Assembly (NCBI GenBank): GCA_040403975.1
Contig: JBBAJS010000002.1
Span: forward strand, 98,703-162,702
Reading direction: 5' to 3'
DNA length: 64,000 nt
Source of the DNA: Sediminibacterium sp.
GTDB taxonomy: Bacteria > Bacteroidota > Bacteroidia > Chitinophagales > Chitinophagaceae
A model generated the notes under the pieces. The model saw only the letters and a list, made by a program, of their open reading frames with translations, was not told the DNA's origin and did not search any database. Position numbers and translations under genes: made by a program. Within the stretch, counting starts at the first letter, position 1; each line of letters begins with the position of its first letter. Below are positions 29,316-38,421 of this stretch, piece by piece.

Positions 29316-29418
29316 GCCTTAAAAAACAAAAATGATACCTTAAGACGCGTTGCGAGATTTGAATTTTGCTTGCAAAATTCAGCAACGTGGATGCAGTAGA
29401 ATTTTTGTTTTTTAAAGC
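29316..29418. terminator. Nested inverted repeats between convergent genes (probable bidirectional terminator)
   Basis: The outer 15-bp perfect repeat is ttaaaaaacaaaaat (29319-29333) / atttttgttttttaa (29401-29415). It encloses a bulged hairpin at 29348-29387. Confidence 0.55.
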
Positions 29419-30204
29419 TTATAATTGATTCATTTTTGTCAGCACTTCAACTGCTCGCTTTCCTTCAATGCCTAAATCAAGTGAATAATTGTTTACATAG
29501 AGATCAATGTGTTTTCTCATCACTTCTTCACTCATTTCTTGTGAATGTGCTTTTACATAAGGTGCTATAGTTGGATAATTTTCGAATGCATATTCAATAC
29601 TTTTTTTAATGAGCTGGTCCACTTGATGAATGATTAATGGATCAATTGTTTTCTTTGCAATAATGCCTCCTAATGGTATCGGTACATGTTGGGTATTCTC
29701 CCAATGAGCACCCAGGTCCATTATCAGTTTCAACCCTTTATCCTGATAAGTAAATCTGTTCTCATGAATAATTACACCAGCATCTACTTGACGTGATAGC
29801 ACTAGATTTTCTATTTCATTAAAAACAGTGAACACTTTATTTTTTGCGGTTGGAAAAGCCAAAGAAAATAATAAATGAGCTGTTGTGTTTTCACCAGGAA
29901 TTGCAACACGCATACCATTATCGAATCGATCAACATTTGGATTAGAAATTAAAAGAGGGCCAACGCCTTTGCCTAATGCTCCTCCGCTGTTTAATAATGT
30001 ATACTTGGATTTCACATTGTTTAAAACGCCATAACTGATTTTTGTAAAATCCATTTTCCCTTCAATCGCCCATTCATTCAATGTTTGTACATCTTCTAAA
30101 TGAATGTCAAATGTAAAACCCTCAGTATCAATTTTATTATTGACTAAAGCATCAAAAATAAATGTATCATTTGGGCAAGGTGAAAAAGCTAATGAGAAAT
30201 GCAT
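29419..30204 (-). CDS. mqnD: 1,4-dihydroxy-6-naphthoate synthase (futalosine pathway)
   Basis: SPCPNDTF N-terminus, a periplasmic-binding-protein-like fold and 261 aa. It is adjacent to an MqnB-like gene. Confidence 0.8.
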   Translation of the reverse strand: MHFSLAFSPCPNDTFIFDALVNNKIDTEGFTFDIHLEDVQTLNEWAIEGKMDFTKISYGVLNNVKSKYTLLNSGGALGKGVGPLLISNPNVDRFDNGMRVAIPGENTTAHLLFSLAFPTAKNKVFTVFNEIENLVLSRQVDAGVIIHENRFTYQDKGLKLIMDLGAHWENTQHVPIPLGGIIAKKTIDPLIIHQVDQLIKKSIEYAFENYPTIAPYVKAHSQEMSEEVMRKHIDLYVNNYSLDLGIEGKRAVEVLTKMNQL

Positions 30205-30218
30205 GGTCTTAAAAAACT

Positions 30219-30887
30219 TTATTTAATCGTGTATAATTTTTCGAGATAAGCTAAAACAGTTTTGTTTAATTGCTCAATGGAATGATTGATTTTCCATTTT
30301 GATTTATCTCTTTCACCTATATAGTTAGAAATTGCCCTGATTTGTAAAAAAGGAATTTTGGTTTCTCTGCAAACATAATGTAGTGCTGCTCCTTCCATTG
30401 TTTCGATAGTAGGATTGTACTTCTTCCTCATCATTTCGATACGATTACTATTAGTGCTGATCTCATTTACTGTAATTGCATTTACTTCAGGTAATTGCAA
30501 CAAGTTATATTTTGAAAGCCAGGGGTTCGGCAATTTTCTTTTTTCAAAAGGGTGATAACTGCTCTTTTCCAATTTAAGGTCAAAAATATCTTTCCAAATT
30601 CCAGCTTCTTCTACACCTGTATCACCCAATATTTCTTCATTTACAACCACTACTTTTCCGAGTGCTAATTTTTTATTAAAAGAACCTGCTATGCCTATTT
30701 GTATTACTAAATCTGGTTTGTCTTCAATTGCCAAGCGGGTGAATGCTACAGCACTGGCAAGCATTCCAACACCAGATTGATAAAACTGTACTTTCATTCT
30801 CTCGCTTTCTCCACTATACAAACCATTTAACTGAACAAAAGAAGGCATCCATTCTCCTACGGTTGCAGCGGTAATTATTACTCTCAT
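30219..30887 (-). CDS. mqnB: Futalosine hydrolase (nucleosidase family)
   Basis: PNP/MTAN-type fold (IGIAGS, MEGAA) at 222 aa. It is co-oriented with mqnD across a 14-nt gap. Confidence 0.7.
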   Translation of the reverse strand: MRVIITAATVGEWMPSFVQLNGLYSGESERMKVQFYQSGVGMLASAVAFTRLAIEDKPDLVIQIGIAGSFNKKLALGKVVVVNEEILGDTGVEEAGIWKDIFDLKLEKSSYHPFEKRKLPNPWLSKYNLLQLPEVNAITVNEISTNSNRIEMMRKKYNPTIETMEGAALHYVCRETKIPFLQIRAISNYIGERDKSKWKINHSIEQLNKTVLAYLEKLYTIK

Positions 30888-30956
30888 GAATGTAAAGTTG
30901 ATGAAAAACGGTCAACTTTATTCAATTTTGTACCTTTGACAAAATTTTTACAGCGA

Positions 30957-31367
30957 ATGGTTTACTTAACAAGACAAGAACATTTTAATGCAGCACATAA
31001 ATTGTACAACCCAATTTGGACAAAAGAGCGCAATGAAGCTGTTTTTGGTGTTTGTGCCAATGAAAACTGGCATGGTCATAATTATGACTTATTTGTTACC
31101 ATAAAAGGTATTCCAGATGCAGATACAGGATTTTTGTTCGATGTAAAAGTGCTTAGTAAGATCATTAAACTTCACGTGATTGATCAGTTAGATCATAAGA
31201 ATTTAAATATGGATGTGCCTTTTATGGAAGGTAAAATGTGCAGTACAGAAAACTTAGCGATGGCAATATGGCATCAAATTACCCCTCATTTACCGCATAC
31301 AGTAACCCTTCATTGTATCAAATTGTACGAAACAGCCCGGATTTACGTGGAATATTTTGGTGAATAA
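30957..31367 (+). CDS. 6-pyruvoyl-tetrahydropterin / 6-carboxy-tetrahydropterin synthase family protein (COG0720), paralog 1
   Basis: HFNAAHKL, CANENWHGHNY, DHKNLN and YET motifs. ATG at 30957. Confidence 0.85.
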   Translation: MVYLTRQEHFNAAHKLYNPIWTKERNEAVFGVCANENWHGHNYDLFVTIKGIPDADTGFLFDVKVLSKIIKLHVIDQLDHKNLNMDVPFMEGKMCSTENLAMAIWHQITPHLPHTVTLHCIKLYETARIYVEYFGE

Positions 31368-31681
31368 GCCATTTTGTTCAACGAATAGCCATTTTACGCT
31401 TATTTGTTTAATCATTTATAGTCATCGTTAAACAAATTAATCGCATTACTGTTAGTATTCATGTATTATCTGGAAATTGTCCAATCGTTAAAATTGGGAG
31501 CAAATTGATAGATTATACCCAATATTCAAGTTCTGTTGTTAATTTTATGGTCTCAAAGCATTTGGCCACTTGATCAGCACACTTCTGAAACAGTGCCAAA
31601 TATTAGCAATTGAATGCGTTGAATTTGACTTATACCAGATGAATAATTCAGCATGTAAGTGTGCATGCTAAGTGAAATTAA

Positions 31682-32098
31682 ATGAATAACAAAAGAGTAA
31701 CCGTTTTTCGCAAAGAGCATTTTAATGCAGCCCATCGTTTGCACAATCCATCATGGACTAATGAACGAAACAAAGCAGTATTTGGTCTATGCAATAACGA
31801 AAACTATCATGGACATAATTATGAATTAATTGTTCAGGTAACTGGAACAATCAATCCAGAAACCGGATACGTAATTGATATGAAAATATTGAGCGATTTA
31901 ATCAAGGAAGAGGTATTGAATAAATTCGATCATAAAAATTTAAACTTAGACACCATCGAATTCAATAATCTCATTCCATCTGCAGAAAATATAGCAGTGG
32001 TTTGTTATGATTTATTGAGAAAAAAAATTGATGGTGAACTTGACTTAAAAATAAGATTATATGAAACAGAGCGAAATTTTGTCGAATATCCGGCTTAA
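31682..32098 (+). CDS. 6-pyruvoyl-tetrahydropterin / 6-carboxy-tetrahydropterin synthase family protein (COG0720), paralog 2
   Basis: HFNAAHRL, CNNENYHGHNY, DHKNLN and YETE motifs. Its 3' end overlaps the folE ORF. Confidence 0.85.
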   Translation: MNNKRVTVFRKEHFNAAHRLHNPSWTNERNKAVFGLCNNENYHGHNYELIVQVTGTINPETGYVIDMKILSDLIKEEVLNKFDHKNLNLDTIEFNNLIPSAENIAVVCYDLLRKKIDGELDLKIRLYETERNFVEYPA

Positions 32099-32780
32099 CG
32101 GAGATAAAATAGAATTCACAGAAGAAATGATAGAAGAAATGGGAGATAGCCATATCAGTACTTCAATTGATACACCGATGGTTAAGGAAGCTTTCGACAA
32201 ATCGGAAGAAGAAAAAATGGATATTATACAAGCCCATTTTAAAGCCATCATGGAAACGATGGGATTGGATCTTACTGATGATAGTTTAAAAGGAACACCT
32301 AAGCGTGTTGCAAAAATGTTTATTAAAGAAATTTTTAGCGGCCTGAATCCTGCTAATAAGCCATCTATAGCTTTGTTCGACAATAAATACAAGTACAATG
32401 AAATGTTGGTAGAAAAAAACATTTCGTTTTATAGTAATTGCGAGCACCATTTTGTTCCTATTATTGGGAAAGCCCATGTTGCATATATAAGCAATGGTAA
32501 AGTAATTGGTTTGAGTAAGTTAAATCGATTGGTGGAATATTTTGCTAAAAGACCACAGGTTCAGGAACGATTAACCGTTCAAATAGCCAAGGAATTACAA
32601 GTTGCTCTTGGAACAGAAGATGTTGCAATAGTGATTGATGCAAAACATTTATGTGTTGCTAGTAGAGGAGTTGAAGATGATACCTCTTCTACAATTACTG
32701 CATTCTATGGTGGCAAATTCAAAGAAGATAAGAGAAAAGAAGAATTTTTGAGATATCTAGAATTAAAAACTGAATTCTAG
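32061..32780 (+). CDS. folE: GTP cyclohydrolase I
   Basis: GTPKRVAKMF, CEHHFVPI and QVQERLT motifs. The start is either 32061 (38-nt overlap with paralog 2) or 32127. Confidence 0.9.
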   Translation: MKQSEILSNIRLNGDKIEFTEEMIEEMGDSHISTSIDTPMVKEAFDKSEEEKMDIIQAHFKAIMETMGLDLTDDSLKGTPKRVAKMFIKEIFSGLNPANKPSIALFDNKYKYNEMLVEKNISFYSNCEHHFVPIIGKAHVAYISNGKVIGLSKLNRLVEYFAKRPQVQERLTVQIAKELQVALGTEDVAIVIDAKHLCVASRGVEDDTSSTITAFYGGKFKEDKRKEEFLRYLELKTEF

Positions 32781-32824
32781 AATATCTGTAAAATCACTTA
32801 TTTTGCTGCATAAATTTCTCATTT

Positions 32825-33721
32825 ATGACTAAGCATGCATTTATTTTTCCTGGACAAGGAGCACAGTTTTCTGGGATGGGTAAAAATCTATATGATACCC
32901 ATTCATCTGTAAAAGAATTGTTTGAACAAGCCAATGAAATTCTGGGCTTTCGGATCACTGATACGATGTTTACAGGTTCCGATGAAGCATTAAAGCAAAC
33001 CAATATTACGCAACCTGCAATTTTTCTGCATTCCATTGCAGCATATAAAACAATCGAGAATGCTCGGCCATCAATGGTTGCCGGGCATTCTTTAGGAGAA
33101 TTTTCTGCTTTGGTAGCCAATGGAGTATTGAGTTTTGAAGATGCACTTCGTTTGGTAAGTATCAGAGCAATTGCTATGCAAAAAGCTTGTGAATTGAATC
33201 CCTCAACAATGGCTGCTGTGTTGAATTTAGCCGATGAAAAAGTGGAAGAAATATGTTTGGCAATACAAAATGAAACAGGAGAAATAGTAGTTCCAGCAAA
33301 CTACAATTGCCCTGGTCAATTGGTAATTAGTGGTTCAATTAAAGGAATTGATATTGCTTGCATAAAAATGAAAGAAGCAGGTGCAAAACGCGCATTGGTG
33401 TTACCTGTTGGAGGAGCATTTCATTCTCCATTGATGACTCCTGCAAAAGAAGAATTAGCTGCTGCTATACAATCAACCACTTTTAATGCTCCAAATTGTG
33501 CAGTTTATCAAAATGTTGTTGCTAAGGCAATTACTGATCCAACATCAATAAAAAATAATTTGATTGAACAACTTACTGGTGCTGTAAAATGGACCCAATG
33601 TGTTCAACAAATGGTAATTGATGGAGCTACTCATTTTACTGAATGTGGACCAGGTAAAGTACTTCAAGGCTTAATTGGAAAAATTGCAGGTAATGCAGTG
33701 GTGGTAGATGGAGTGAATTAA
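32825..33721 (+). CDS. fabD: Malonyl CoA-acyl carrier protein transacylase
   Basis: FPGQGAQ, GHSLGE and GAFHS motifs. Length is 298 aa. Confidence 0.95.
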   Translation: MTKHAFIFPGQGAQFSGMGKNLYDTHSSVKELFEQANEILGFRITDTMFTGSDEALKQTNITQPAIFLHSIAAYKTIENARPSMVAGHSLGEFSALVANGVLSFEDALRLVSIRAIAMQKACELNPSTMAAVLNLADEKVEEICLAIQNETGEIVVPANYNCPGQLVISGSIKGIDIACIKMKEAGAKRALVLPVGGAFHSPLMTPAKEELAAAIQSTTFNAPNCAVYQNVVAKAITDPTSIKNNLIEQLTGAVKWTQCVQQMVIDGATHFTECGPGKVLQGLIGKIAGNAVVVDGVN

Positions 33722-33724
33722 AAT

Positions 33725-34903
33725 TTATTTTAATCCTAATGAAGAAAGAATATTGGCATCCCAATTAGGGGTTCCAGCTCTTGTATTATTTGGATAGCTG
33801 GCAATTCCAAAAGTATCATCATAATCCCAAACAGCCCATCCCATTTTATATTTGGTTAATAAAGTACGCATGTCTAATGCGTATTGATTTTTACTTTCTG
33901 ATGAAACAAAAGGTCTGTAAACCCCAAATTCATTGCATATTACAGGGATTTTATTTTGATTGCCCCAATTATAGACCTGTCTGATTTTAGCATTCAAAGA
34001 ATCTGCATTGTATCGTTGGGAGCCATACCAGGTAATTAAATATTTGGCATCTGAACTAGTAGCATTATTGGCCTGTGCCAACACATTTTGTGGGCTTCCC
34101 GGATAAGGTAAATTTTTTAATTGATCATAAGGGCTACCCACCCAAGTTGCACCTTGATGCGTAAAAACAAAAGGCTCATAAAGATGAAAATTGTAAATAA
34201 TATTTTTTCCAGTATAAGGTTTTAGTGTAGACAAATCATACCAATTATTCCAGTTTTCTGCACCAGCAATTATATAATGATCAGGAGCTGCTTCCCTTAT
34301 CGATTGAATGATCAAACCCTGAACAGGTGCCCACCAGTTTTTATCTATACCAGCAACACTTTGTGTAGCACCTATATGTGGCTCATTGAATATTTCAAAA
34401 AATACCTGAGTAGTATCGTATTTCTTAAAATACCCTGCCATATTTTTCCAAAATTGTCGAAAGGCAGCTCTGGAAACAGGATCTGTTGCTATTTTAGATT
34501 CAAAAGCTGGATTGCTGGAGTGTAGATCAATAGTAACAGAAAGTCCAGCAGCAGTAATATTTTTAATGGCCTGGTCAAGAAAATTTAAATTGGTTGTTTG
34601 AAGATTGGCAATATTTGAAGGATCACAAATTATAGAAGGACCAACAGGAATTCTGACATAGGTAAATCCAGCATTTTTGATTTGTGTAAAATGATTAGTT
34701 GAGTATCGAGTTCCAAATTGTGCCTTATCAGAATAATCGTTAAACCAATTACTCAAGTTTATGCCAATTGCCAATCTATCTATTGCACGTCCTGAAAATC
34801 CAACAGAATTTTCTGTGGTTGGTATTGTCTCTGAGTTTTTACTACAACCGTAGAAACATCCAATAATTAGAATGAGTAATAAAAAATGCTGTGGTTTTAT
34901 CAT
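33725..34903 (-). CDS. Glycoside hydrolase family 5, lipoprotein
   Basis: Lipobox-like IGCFYGCS, acid/base motif EIFNEP and nucleophile motif CNEFG. Confidence 0.8.
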   Translation of the reverse strand: MIKPQHFLLLILIIGCFYGCSKNSETIPTTENSVGFSGRAIDRLAIGINLSNWFNDYSDKAQFGTRYSTNHFTQIKNAGFTYVRIPVGPSIICDPSNIANLQTTNLNFLDQAIKNITAAGLSVTIDLHSSNPAFESKIATDPVSRAAFRQFWKNMAGYFKKYDTTQVFFEIFNEPHIGATQSVAGIDKNWWAPVQGLIIQSIREAAPDHYIIAGAENWNNWYDLSTLKPYTGKNIIYNFHLYEPFVFTHQGATWVGSPYDQLKNLPYPGSPQNVLAQANNATSSDAKYLITWYGSQRYNADSLNAKIRQVYNWGNQNKIPVICNEFGVYRPFVSSESKNQYALDMRTLLTKYKMGWAVWDYDDTFGIASYPNNTRAGTPNWDANILSSLGLK

Positions 34904-34924
34904 AGTTTATTTTGAACAGTACGA

Positions 34925-35386
34925 TCAATTGATGCTACAATTGATCCATTCTCCATCAAAGCTAGCATTATATTTTTTATAGAATTGAATAGCTGGTTCG
35001 TTCCAATCGAGTACCTGCCATACAATCCCCTTAAGGTTTCTCTCCTTAGCTTCAACCATTAAACGTTCAAAAAGTTGCTTTCCGATATGTTTGCCTCGCA
35101 TTTTTTTTGTAACCAATATATCTTCTAAGTACATTCTTTGTCCTTTCCAGGTGCTATATCGAATATAATACAGGGCAAATCCATGTATAATAGGTTGACT
35201 TTCAGTAGATTCAGTTTCTTCGGCTACAAATGCCCACCATACAGGATTTTGGCCAAATCCACTTTCTATAAAATGCTCGAGTGTAACGGTTACTTCATCA
35301 GGAGCTTTTTCAAAATCAGCTAATTCCTGTATTAATTCAAGAATTCTTACACAGTCTTTTTGCGCTGCTCTTCTAATAGTGATCAT
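34925..35386 (-). CDS. GNAT family N-acetyltransferase
   Basis: The acetyl-CoA binding segment RGKHIGKQLF. I preferred the ATG at 35386 over the TTG at 35404. Confidence 0.8.
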   Translation of the reverse strand: MITIRRAAQKDCVRILELIQELADFEKAPDEVTVTLEHFIESGFGQNPVWWAFVAEETESTESQPIIHGFALYYIRYSTWKGQRMYLEDILVTKKMRGKHIGKQLFERLMVEAKERNLKGIVWQVLDWNEPAIQFYKKYNASFDGEWINCSIN

Positions 35387-35439
35387 TGGAATTATTTTAA
35401 TCAAATCGAAATTTGTAAACTGGCTTTCAATCTAATTGA

Positions 35440-36678
35440 TCAACTCAATGCTTGACTGAAATCATTGATAATATCTTCAATATTTTCTATACCCACACTT
35501 AAACGGATTAATCCATCTGTGATTCCAGATTTCAATCTTTCTTCTCTTGGAATTCCCATATGACTCATGCTTGCCGGATGTGATAATAAAGTATCTGGTG
35601 TGCCAAATGAAATGGCTTTTACACAGATTTGAAGTCGGTTAATAAATTCCCTTCCTGCTTCTACTCCTCCTTTTAATTCAAAACTCATTAATGCACCAGC
35701 ATGCCTCATTTGTTTCATGGCAATGGCATAATCCGGGTGAGAGGGTAAGCCACTATAATTTACTTTTTCAACTGCAGGGTGTTGTTCCAAAAAACCAGCA
35801 ACATCCATGGCGTTATGACAATGACGTTCCATTCTCAACTCTAATGTTTTCATTCCTTGTGTAAGTAAAAAAGCATCAAAGGGATTGGCATTTCCGCCTA
35901 ATAATACATGCCATTTCCATATACGACCATTCATTTTTTCCAGATCTTTGCCTAATAAAACCCCGCCAATTGCAGTACCATGACCATTTAAAAATTTTGT
36001 AGTGGAATGCATTACAAAATCTGCACCAAATGCAAAAGGTTGTTGAAGGTAAGGTGTTGCTGCCGTGTTATCAACTGAAACCAATACATGGTGTTTTTTA
36101 GCTACAGTGCAAACCATTTCGATATCAATACAACGTAAAGTAGGATTCGACGGAGTTTCAATATGAATGAGTTTGATATTTTTATTATTGGATAAAGTGG
36201 TTTCAATAGTTGCAGCATCTATTAAATCAATCAATATTGTATTGATTCCTGTACCTTCTAATACTTTCAATAACAATTCATGTGTTCCTCCATACAATGC
36301 ATGATGGGAGAGGATAGTATCCCCTGATTGTAGATTGCCTAAAAATAAAGTTGTAAGCGCTGCTTGCCCACTTGAATGAAGTAATGCTTTTAATTGTAAA
36401 GGTTGATTGTTTTCATCCACTAATCCAAAAGCTTCCAACGCTTCAATTGTTTCAGCCGCAGTGGTAAAACTAGGGTTACCCCATCTGCTATAAATTTTTG
36501 ATTTGTCTTTTCCTGCAAAACGTTCACTGCCTTCTTCAGCGGTGTCAAAACTAAAAGTAGAACTTGCATAAATTGGTGTGAGATGAGCATGGTCTGCATT
36601 ATCATGCCCCGCAGCATGAATTGCTGCAGTTCCCATTCCAGTAAATTTTTGTTTATTACTCATAGATTTTTTTTTCAA
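35440..36678 (-). CDS. Cys/Met-metabolism PLP-dependent enzyme (methionine gamma-lyase / O-acetylhomoserine sulfhydrylase family)
   Basis: PIYASSTF, the PLP-lysine motif HSTTKFLNGHG and C-terminal RLSVGIE. Confidence 0.85.
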   Translation of the reverse strand: MKKKSMSNKQKFTGMGTAAIHAAGHDNADHAHLTPIYASSTFSFDTAEEGSERFAGKDKSKIYSRWGNPSFTTAAETIEALEAFGLVDENNQPLQLKALLHSSGQAALTTLFLGNLQSGDTILSHHALYGGTHELLLKVLEGTGINTILIDLIDAATIETTLSNNKNIKLIHIETPSNPTLRCIDIEMVCTVAKKHHVLVSVDNTAATPYLQQPFAFGADFVMHSTTKFLNGHGTAIGGVLLGKDLEKMNGRIWKWHVLLGGNANPFDAFLLTQGMKTLELRMERHCHNAMDVAGFLEQHPAVEKVNYSGLPSHPDYAIAMKQMRHAGALMSFELKGGVEAGREFINRLQICVKAISFGTPDTLLSHPASMSHMGIPREERLKSGITDGLIRLSVGIENIEDIINDFSQALS

Positions 36679-36708
36679 TTACTAATAACCAATAACTAAT
36701 AACTTTTA

Positions 36709-37698
36709 TCAGTACGCCCATTTCACCAAAGTTGCACCCCAGGTAAATCCACCTCCGAATGCAGCCAAAACAATATTATCTCCTTTTTTTAGCTGACTTT
36801 CCCAATCCCATAAACAAAGTGGAAGTGTTGCTGCAGTGGTGTTCCCGTATTTTTGAATATTGATCATTACTTTTTCCTTGGGCAATCCCATTCTATTGGC
36901 TGTTGCGTCAATGATTCTTAAATTGGCTTGATGCGGAACGAGCCAGGCAATGTCTTCACCTGTTAATTGATTTCTTTCCAATAATTCTGCACTTACATCT
37001 GCCATGCCTTTCACTGCAAACTTAAAAACAGCTTGACCTTCTTGGTAAGCAAAATGCTCTTTGGCCAATACAGTTTCAACAGTTGCTGGTTTTACAGATC
37101 CGCCTGCCTTCATGTGTAAGTATTGTCTTCCGCTTCCATCACTTCTTAGTATACTGTCTTTTACTCCATTCTCATCCAAAGAAGGTTCTAACAAAAGTGC
37201 ACCAGCTCCATCACCAAAAATGATACAAGTAGCTCTATCGGTATAATCAATAATAGCGCTCATCTTATCTACACCTACAACAATCACTTTTTTGTAGCGT
37301 CCACTTTCTATATACATTGCACCAGTTGTTAGTGCGTATAAAAAACCACTACAGGCAGCACTCATATCATATCCCCATGCATTTGTTGCGCCAATTTTAT
37401 CTGCAATAATATTTGCGGTTGCCGGAAAGACCATGTCGGGAGTAACTGTTGCACAAATGATGCAATCAATCTCCGTTGGGTCCATATTTTTTTTGCGCAA
37501 AATTTCTAGTATTGCAGGAACTGCCATATCGCTGCTTCCTTTACCTGGCTCCTTCAAAATTCTTCTTTCTTCAATACCTGTTCTGCTTCTAATCCATTCG
37601 TCGTTGGTATCAACCATTTTCTCTAAATCAAAATTGGTAAGCTTTGTTTCTGGAACATATCCTCCAACTGCTGTGATGGCTGCTGTAATTTTCTCCAT
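36709..37698 (-). CDS. fabH: 3-oxoacyl-ACP synthase III
   Basis: Active-site AACSGF, HQANLRI and GNTTAA motifs. Length is 329 aa. Confidence 0.95.
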   Translation of the reverse strand: MEKITAAITAVGGYVPETKLTNFDLEKMVDTNDEWIRSRTGIEERRILKEPGKGSSDMAVPAILEILRKKNMDPTEIDCIICATVTPDMVFPATANIIADKIGATNAWGYDMSAACSGFLYALTTGAMYIESGRYKKVIVVGVDKMSAIIDYTDRATCIIFGDGAGALLLEPSLDENGVKDSILRSDGSGRQYLHMKAGGSVKPATVETVLAKEHFAYQEGQAVFKFAVKGMADVSAELLERNQLTGEDIAWLVPHQANLRIIDATANRMGLPKEKVMINIQKYGNTTAATLPLCLWDWESQLKKGDNIVLAAFGGGFTWGATLVKWAY

Positions 37699-37797
37699 TT
37701 TTCTACTAATTAGATGGTATTATTATGCTTTTTGGTACTATATAAAACCCTAAAGATACAGCTAATTGCATTCTTTTTACTAATTTAGTGGTCATTT

Positions 37798-38382
37798 ATG
37801 ATAGCATTCGTTAGAGGTCATTTCGCTGTTAAAACACCTGCGCGTATTGTAGTGGATGTGAATGGTGTGGGATATGAGTTGAATATTAGTTTAAATACCT
37901 ATTCTGCTATCAGTAATAAAGATAGTGGTCAGTTATTTACCTATTTGCATATTACCGAAAATGCGCAAAGTCTATTTGGTTTTGCAGATATGGCGGAAAA
38001 AGAATTGTTTATGCAATTGATCAGTGTTTCTGGAGTTGGAGCTTCAACTGCTCGCATGATGTTATCTGGGTTAAAGCCAGCAGAAATCACCAAAGCAATT
38101 GTACAGGGAAATACAAAGCAATTAGAAGGAATTAAAGGAATTGGCAAAAAATCTGCAGAGCGCTTGATCGTTGAATTAAGGGATAAATTGGGCAAGCAAT
38201 CCAATGAAAGTATTTTGCCCGGATTTAGTGAACCTCAAAATGATGCAGATGCTGTAAATGCACTAATTTCATTGGGTATTGGAAGGGTAATGGCAGAACA
38301 GGCAGTTAAGAAAGTATTGCAAGCTCAACCAGACAATGATTCATTAGAAGATATTATTAAACAAGCACTTAAAAACTTATAA
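37798..38382 (+). CDS. ruvA: Holliday junction branch migration protein RuvA
   Basis: MIAFVRG..., GVGYEL and helix-hairpin-helix motifs (VSGVGASTA, IKGIGKKSAERL). Confidence 0.95.
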   Translation: MIAFVRGHFAVKTPARIVVDVNGVGYELNISLNTYSAISNKDSGQLFTYLHITENAQSLFGFADMAEKELFMQLISVSGVGASTARMMLSGLKPAEITKAIVQGNTKQLEGIKGIGKKSAERLIVELRDKLGKQSNESILPGFSEPQNDADAVNALISLGIGRVMAEQAVKKVLQAQPDNDSLEDIIKQALKNL

Positions 38383-38421
38383 GCGATCGCATAAAGTTCT
38401 ACTTAATCAAGCTTACCGTTT

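Noticed and set aside
31368-31681. A possible preQ1 or THF riboswitch upstream of the PTPS paralog 2-folE unit.
   Set aside because: I could not find the preQ1-I hairpin with its A-rich tail or any recognisable THF-like fold by eye. The region is retained only as a low-interest spacer pending a covariance-model scan.
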